Shown here: positions 58,752 to 64,000 of the stretch, one piece after another | Layout: the number at the start of each line of letters is the position of its first letter | How positions within the stretch are numbered: position 1 is the first letter of the stretch | DNA from: an uncultured Acidobacteriota bacterium | Lineage (GTDB): Bacteria > Acidobacteriota > Thermoanaerobaculia > Thermoanaerobaculales > Sulfomarinibacteraceae | Assembly (NCBI GenBank): GCA_963712805.1 | Contig: CAVQJV010000036.1 | Location: forward strand, 111,219 to 175,218 | Length of the DNA: 64,000 nt | Direction: 5' to 3' | Notes under the pieces: model-generated | What the model was told of the DNA's origin: nothing | Seen by the model: the letters and a program-made list of their open reading frames with translations, nothing else | Databases searched by the model: none | Made by a program: the position numbers and the translations under genes

Positions 58752-61455
58752 ATGAGCGCAAACATTCTACTCATCGAGTACGAGCAGAGTACCGTCGATG
58801 GTATCAGGCAATGCCACTGCCGGAGGCGGTCACCGCCTCGAGGTGGCCGGTAGTCTGGACGCCGCGGTTGAGGCTTGTGCCCATTTCGAACCCAAGATCG
58901 TCATCATCACCGCACAGCTGCCGCAGATTCCCGTCGGGGATGCCATCACCCAACTTCGGGGCCGGGCCGGTCTGCGGGTCACCCCGTTCTTGATTCTGAT
59001 GCCGGGATACCAGGGTGATGACTCCAAGGCCGATGCCGAAGAGGTCGGCGCTCAGGACATTGTCTCGCTCCCATTCGCGGCCGAAGAGATCCGAAACAAG
59101 ATCGAGGCGTTGATTCGGGCGTCGGCTGCGATTCTCACGACCCAGGCGGTGCCGCAGGAGACGCTGGACGCCTTACGCCGGGGTCAAGCCGAGGACGACG
59201 GCCAGTCGTTCAGTTCCGACGACCTCTTCGCCGACATTCTCTCCGATGTCGAGAGAGATGGACCGGTCGACAAAAAGACGACCGCCGCGACCTCACAGCG
59301 AGTCTTCGACTCCAAGGTCGACAGTGCTTTGGCCGACATGCTCGGCGACGCCGGTGAAGTCCGCGAGCATCGGCGGTCGAAGCCGAGTGCCGATGTCGAC
59401 GCCATGCTTTCCAAGACCCTGGCCGGGCTCGAGCTGTCGCCGTCGACGACGACCAAGAAGAAGACTCCGAACGAGCCGATCAAGGAGACCGCCGCTGCCG
59501 GCGAACCGGGCCCGCCTCCCGGGCCCGCCCCCGAGGCCGAGCCGCCGAAGGCCGAACCCATCGCCGAATCCGCGGCGGAGAAGAAGACGCCGGTCGACCG
59601 GACCTCGACGGTTTCCCCGGGAACGACCTTTGGACAGTACGTCCTCGAGGAGCGCATCGCGACCGGGGGGATGGCCCAGGTCTACAAGGCCCGCATGCTC
59701 GGTCTCGAGGGGTTCCAGAAGACCGTCGCCATCAAGAGAATCCTGCCCCACCTCACAAGCAACGAAGAGTTCGTCAGCATGTTCGTCGATGAGGCCAAAC
59801 TGGCGGCCCAACTCAACCATCCGAACATCATTCATATCTACGATCTCGGCAAGATCGACAGTTCCTATTTCATTGCCATGGAGTACATCGAGGGGCGCGA
59901 TCTTCGGTCAATCCTCGACCAGTGCCGTCAGCGCGATGTCCGGGTGCCGATCCCCATCGCTTTGTATATCGCCAATCTGCTTGCGAGCGGACTCGACTAC
60001 GCGCACAAGAAGCGCGATTTCGACAATCGCGACCTCGGATTGGTCCACCGGGACGTCTCGCCGCAGAATGTGCTCATCTCCTCCGACGGAGAGATCAAGC
60101 TCTGCGACTTCGGGATCGCCAAGGCGGCCTCCAAGGCGTCGCACACCCGCGCCGGCGCGCTCAAGGGCAAGCTGCAGTACATGTCTCCCGAGCAGGCCTG
60201 GGGAAAGGACATCGATCACCGATCGGATGTCTTCTCCCTCGGAGTCGTGCTCTACGAGATGTTGACGGCGCACAAGGTGTTTACCGGCGATTCCGAGCTG
60301 TCGATCCTCGAGCAGGTCCGCAACCCGGTTGTCGCGGTTCCCTCGAGCGTGGTGCCGGCGATTCCCGCCGAGGTCGACCGCATCGTCTCAAAGGCGCTCT
60401 CACCGGAGCGAACCGATCGCTATCAATCCGCGCTGGATCTTCAGCGCGAGTTCGAGGTCCTTCTCAAGGGCCAGGGATGGGAGCCGGATACCGCGGCCCT
60501 GGTCGGCTTCATTGGCGAACTCGAATCGGGTGCGGAAATCACGGATTATCCCGCCGCCCTCCCGGAGGCTGCAACTTCGGTCACACCGCCCGTCGAGCCG
60601 CCGCCGGGCCCGCCGGTCAAACCGCCGGCGAAAGAACCGGAGCCGGCTCGGAAGAAGGCCGTCAAACCGGTGGTTCTGGCTGAAACCGTGGCGGAGATCG
60701 AGGCCGCCGACGCGCCGCCGACGAGGGGCGCCGGCAAGTGGCTGTGGATCGCGATCGCGACGGTCGTGCTTGCGCTCATCGCGGGATGGTGGTTTTTCAT
60801 GGGTCCGGGCTCCGGAGGGGGTGACTCCACCGCGGTGCCGACGCCTGTTCCGGCCGCCGTGACCGTGGAACAGACCCCCACCGTCACCGATGGGCTGATG
60901 GACGAGGCGGAACTCCTGGAACGCGCGCGTGAGGTGGCTTCGGCCGAGATGGCCAAGCAGGAGCAGGAACTCAGGGATCGGCTCGAGAAGGAGTTCCCGA
61001 CACCGACGCCGCTGCCGCCGACCGAGACCCCGACCGAGACCCCGACCGAGACCCCGACCCCGAGTCCGACGGCGACCAAGAGACCACCGACACCGACTCG
61101 GGTGCCGCCGACGGCGACGCCGATCCCCAACACGCCGACTCCGGTTGTTCTCGAGGGGGACATCGTCGACGCGGGACCCGGCGTCACCGCCCCGGTCCTG
61201 CTCAACCGGGTGAATCCGGTCTATCCCCCCATCGCTCAGCGCGCGGGGATCAGCGGCGAGGTGACGGCACAGCTTCTCGTCGGAATCGACGGTCGGGTCG
61301 AAGAAGTCCGAGATATCGTCGCGTCCAAGACGGGTGTCGGGTTCGAACACGCGACTGAAGATGCGGTGCGCCAGTGGCGATATCGTCCCGCGACCAAGAA
61401 CGGCGTCAAGGTCCGGGTGTGGGTTCGAATCACGGTAAATCTCACGTTGAACTGA
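58752..61455 (+). CDS. Pseudo-receiver / Ser-Thr protein kinase / TM / Pro-Thr-rich linker / TonB C-terminal domain fusion (N-terminal frame break near 58805-58830)
   Basis: The intact ORF is 58798..61455. A short ORF from the ATG at 58752 encodes MSANILLIEYEQSTVDGIRQ (receiver beta1) in the -1 frame. Kinase motifs are ATGGMAQVY, VAIKRI, HRDVSPQN and DFGIAKA. TM is WLWIAIATVVLALIAGWWFFMG, followed by PTETPTETPTETPT. The TonB-C domain reads NPVYPPIAQRAGISGEVTAQLLVGIDGRV. Confidence 0.8.
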
Positions 61456-61469
61456 CTGTGGAGGACGAG

Positions 61470-61700
61470 ATGGGTGCAACTCTGACCGATGACCAACGGA
61501 GCTTCTACGAGGATGCGCGCTCGCGCACCAAAGCCGAGATTGATGAGTTCGAAAGCCAGATTCAGGTTGAACTCGACAAAGTCAAGGACCGGATCCAGGG
61601 GCTCAAGCAAGGGGCTGATGCGGCCCGCCAGATGTATGCTGCGGCCTGCCTCATGCTCGGCGAGCCGAACGAGTTCGAAGAGGACGATAGCGAGGATTAG
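61470..61700 (+). CDS. Small acidic coiled-coil protein (76 aa), hypothetical
   Basis: GGAGGA about 6 nt upstream of the ATG. Helical, charged sequence ending EFEEDDSED. A hairpin follows at 61729-61749. Confidence 0.4.
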   Translation: MGATLTDDQRSFYEDARSRTKAEIDEFESQIQVELDKVKDRIQGLKQGADAARQMYAAACLMLGEPNEFEEDDSED

Positions 61701-61728
61701 GGTCTCGAACCTCGTTCTCGACGAGCGT

Positions 61729-61749
61729 AACCCCGGCAGGCCCGGGGTT
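61729..61749 (+). terminator. Hairpin downstream of the small acidic ORF
   Basis: aaccccgg-caggc-ccggggtt followed by t. 8-bp GC-rich stem with a weak U-tract. Confidence 0.4.
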
Positions 61750-61850
61750 TCGCTGCCTGAGAGGGCCGGGTCGAACGAACGAGTAGACGACGTCGTCCGG
61801 AACCCAGTCGGACGTACAAACCGATCGGGTAGAAGCGGAGGGCGGCAGAA

Positions 61851-62654
61851 TTGACGGCGCAGACCGAGGGCGTGCCCAAAGGGCTGTGGATCAAGTGCGA
61901 TGCGTGTCGCGAGATTCTGTATCACCGGGAGGTCTCGGGTAATCTGGACGTGTGTCCGCGATGCGGCTATCACTTTCGGATCAGCGCCTCGCGGCGACTC
62001 GATCTTCTCTTCGACAACCAGCGCTACAAGAAGTTCTTTGGTCGGGTTCAATCGGCCGATCCGCTGGATTTTGTCGATTCGAAACCCTATCGCGATCGAC
62101 TCAAGGTCTACAACCGGAAGTTCGACGGCTCTGACGCCGTCGTCGTGGCCCAGGGTGAGATCGAAAAGCAGGCCGCGGTGGTGGCCGCCATGGAATTCGG
62201 TTTCATGGGCGGGTCCATGGGTTCGGCCGTGGGTGAAAAGATCACCCGCGCCATCGAGCGCTGTCTGGATCGGAAGCTGCCGTTGGTCGTGGTCTCGGCT
62301 TCGGGCGGTGCGAGGATGCAAGAGGGCATCCTGTCTCTGATGCAGATGGCCAAAATCGCCGCCGGCCTGGCTCAGATGCGTGACAAACATCTCGGCTATA
62401 TCTCGATCCTCACCGATCCGACCACGGGCGGCGTCACCGCCTCCTACGCCATGCTCGGTGATGTCAACATCGCCGAGCCGGGAGCACTCATCGGTTTTGC
62501 GGGTCCGCGGGTCATCGAGCAGACGATCCGGCAGAAGCTGCCGGAGGGTTTTCAGCGATCGGAGTTCCTGCTCGAACACGGCATGCTCGATCTCGTGGTG
62601 CCGCGCCGGGAGCTCAAGGCCACCGTCGCCCGATGCCTGAGATTCTTCCGCTGA
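61851..62654 (+). CDS. accD: Acetyl-CoA carboxylase carboxyltransferase beta subunit
   Basis: Zinc ribbon CDACREILY..CPRCGYHFR, GFMGGSMG, SGGARMQEG. TTG start with GGAGGG 8 nt upstream. Confidence 0.93.
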   Translation: MTAQTEGVPKGLWIKCDACREILYHREVSGNLDVCPRCGYHFRISASRRLDLLFDNQRYKKFFGRVQSADPLDFVDSKPYRDRLKVYNRKFDGSDAVVVAQGEIEKQAAVVAAMEFGFMGGSMGSAVGEKITRAIERCLDRKLPLVVVSASGGARMQEGILSLMQMAKIAAGLAQMRDKHLGYISILTDPTTGGVTASYAMLGDVNIAEPGALIGFAGPRVIEQTIRQKLPEGFQRSEFLLEHGMLDLVVPRRELKATVARCLRFFR

Positions 62655-63847
62655 GGCTGAGAAACCGTCGTCAAGGGCGGATCCGCCCCGAACTCGGACC
62701 CATCCGCGATGCTCTCGCACGTCTTGGCAATCCTCAGGCGGCCACCCCTTCGATTCTCATCGTCGGAACCAACGGCAAGGGCTCCACGGCCGCCATCCTC
62801 GAGGCGGTCCTTGAAGCACACGGCGTCTCGACCGGTCTCACCACGTCGCCCCATCTCGTCTCGGTCGAGGAGCGAATCCGAATTCGCGGTCGAACCATCG
62901 ACCGGGTCAGCCTCGAGCATCATCTCGAATCCCTGGCCGAGGATGAGGACCTGACATTTTTCGAGACCATCACCAGCGCCGCATTTCTCGCCTTTGCCGA
63001 GGCCGGGGTCGAGGTCGCCGTGCTCGAAGCGGGAATGGGTGGAAGCTGGGATGCAACCAGGGTGGCTGCAAGCACCATCGCGGGCATCACCAATGTCGGT
63101 TCGGATCACGCCGCGTGGCTCGGCGAAGACGTCCTCGAACGTGCGCGCGACAAGGGCGCTCCGTTGCGTTCGGCCTCCCGGGCGGTGTTGGGATCCGGGC
63201 TCGCACCCGAGCTCGTTTCCGCCCTGGGATCGCCGCACGCCGTGCCCGCGAGTGAGATCATCGAGGTCAGGGCCGGCGATGACGGCCGACTTCTCATCGC
63301 CTGGGATGACATCACCATCGAGGCGCCCGCCCCGCTCCCCGGCGGGCACCAGGTCGCGAACGTCCAACTCGCCCTGGCTCTCGCACGCTGCGCCGAAGCC
63401 GAAGGTCTCCTCGCCCGTCTCGAACCCGAGGCGGTCGTTCGCGGCCTCGCCAATGTCCGTTGGCCCGGTCGGCTTTCCGAACATTGTCTCGGCGGGAGGA
63501 AGATCCTCGTCGATGGCGCCCACAATCTCGAGGGTGCCGAGGCTCTGGCGGCTCATCTCTCCAGCCGCCCCGAAAGGTACAACCTCCTGTTCTCTTGTCT
63601 CGACGACAAGGACGTTGGCGCCATGGCCGGCGTCCTCGAACCCGTAGTCGGCACGATCGCGGTTTGCCAACTCAACGACGAACGGGCGATGCCGGTGGAT
63701 CGAATTGCGGCCGCCTTTTCGACTACACTTCTCGCGTCGGATCCCCTGGCGGCCCTGGACTGCCTGCCGGATCCGGTGGTGGCAGCCGGGAGCCTTCGTT
63801 TGGTTGGAGCGCTCCTCGAGCATGCCGAGGAGGGAGTCGGATCATGA
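62633..63847 (+). CDS. folC: Bifunctional folylpolyglutamate synthase / dihydrofolate synthase
   Basis: VGTNGKGST P-loop, SPHLVSVEERI, DGAHN. The classical accD-folC pair. Confidence 0.9.
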   Translation: MPEILPLRLRNRRQGRIRPELGPIRDALARLGNPQAATPSILIVGTNGKGSTAAILEAVLEAHGVSTGLTTSPHLVSVEERIRIRGRTIDRVSLEHHLESLAEDEDLTFFETITSAAFLAFAEAGVEVAVLEAGMGGSWDATRVAASTIAGITNVGSDHAAWLGEDVLERARDKGAPLRSASRAVLGSGLAPELVSALGSPHAVPASEIIEVRAGDDGRLLIAWDDITIEAPAPLPGGHQVANVQLALALARCAEAEGLLARLEPEAVVRGLANVRWPGRLSEHCLGGRKILVDGAHNLEGAEALAAHLSSRPERYNLLFSCLDDKDVGAMAGVLEPVVGTIAVCQLNDERAMPVDRIAAAFSTTLLASDPLAALDCLPDPVVAAGSLRLVGALLEHAEEGVGS

Positions 63848-64000
63848 ACGGCCCCGTCATCCGCGATCGAGGTTTCTTGGAGGACCGGGAAGCACGACAC
63901 CTCGCCCCCTGGGCGGTTCTCTCGACTGAAGCCGTTCGCCGCCGGTCTGCCGACCGGGCCGAGGAGAGCTCTCGGCTCGCGTTTCAGCGCGACCGCGACC
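63844..64000 (+). CDS. dGTPase-like HD-domain triphosphohydrolase, N-terminal fragment (runs off the window)
   Basis: ATGA overlap with the folC stop. The frame is open to the window end. ..SRLAFQRDRD matches the conserved FxRDRDRI start of dGTP triphosphohydrolase-like proteins. Confidence 0.65.
   Translation, partial: MNGPVIRDRGFLEDREARHLAPWAVLSTEAVRRRSADRAEESSRLAFQRDRD

Overview
GC-rich bacterial chromosomal window, densely coded on both strands and mostly housekeeping. I cannot assign a lineage from sequence alone. The futalosine-type menaquinone gene, MglA/DUF4388 proteins and several Ton components are compatible with an Acidobacteriota- or Myxococcota-like organism. Recognisable blocks are: tig(partial)-clpP-clpX-lon-engB-rho; an MqnC/E-type radical SAM gene; a minus-strand elongasome operon (FecR-like gene, mreB, mreC, mreD, mrdA, rodA, rng); ppiD-like, ruvA, ruvB and a lipid kinase; cysK with an Rrf2 regulator; pta-purD-purE, a PSP1 gene and an Hfq-like gene; udk, proline dehydrogenase and comF; rimK-like, ferritin, tyrS and fur; a cytochrome bd-like/heme c oxidoreductase pair; bolA, tatA, rlmN, yfiH and ftsEX; an exbB-exbD-exbD-tonB-DUF4388-TPR operon; ruvC-yebC; a large Ser/Thr kinase; and accD-folC-dgt(partial). 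I saw no rRNA, tRNA, CRISPR array, transposase, integrase or phage genes. The most unusual content is a set of non-canonical signalling and envelope genes. First, an MglA-type small GTPase is fused to GAF and a histidine-kinase module whose phospho-acceptor His is replaced by Glu; it is convergent with a DUF4388/PATAN-type gene. Second, another DUF4388 gene sits inside a Ton-like motor operon. Third, a pseudo-receiver/Ser-Thr kinase/TM/TonB-C fusion lies nearby. Also notable are a CydA-like protein fused to a di-heme c domain divergent from fur, a dispersed MITE-like inverted repeat family in convergent intergenic regions, and an 8-bp tandem repeat splitting ruvA from ruvB. Four conserved genes carry frame disruptions, two of them at homopolymers, so assembly indel error must be excluded before calling them pseudogenes.
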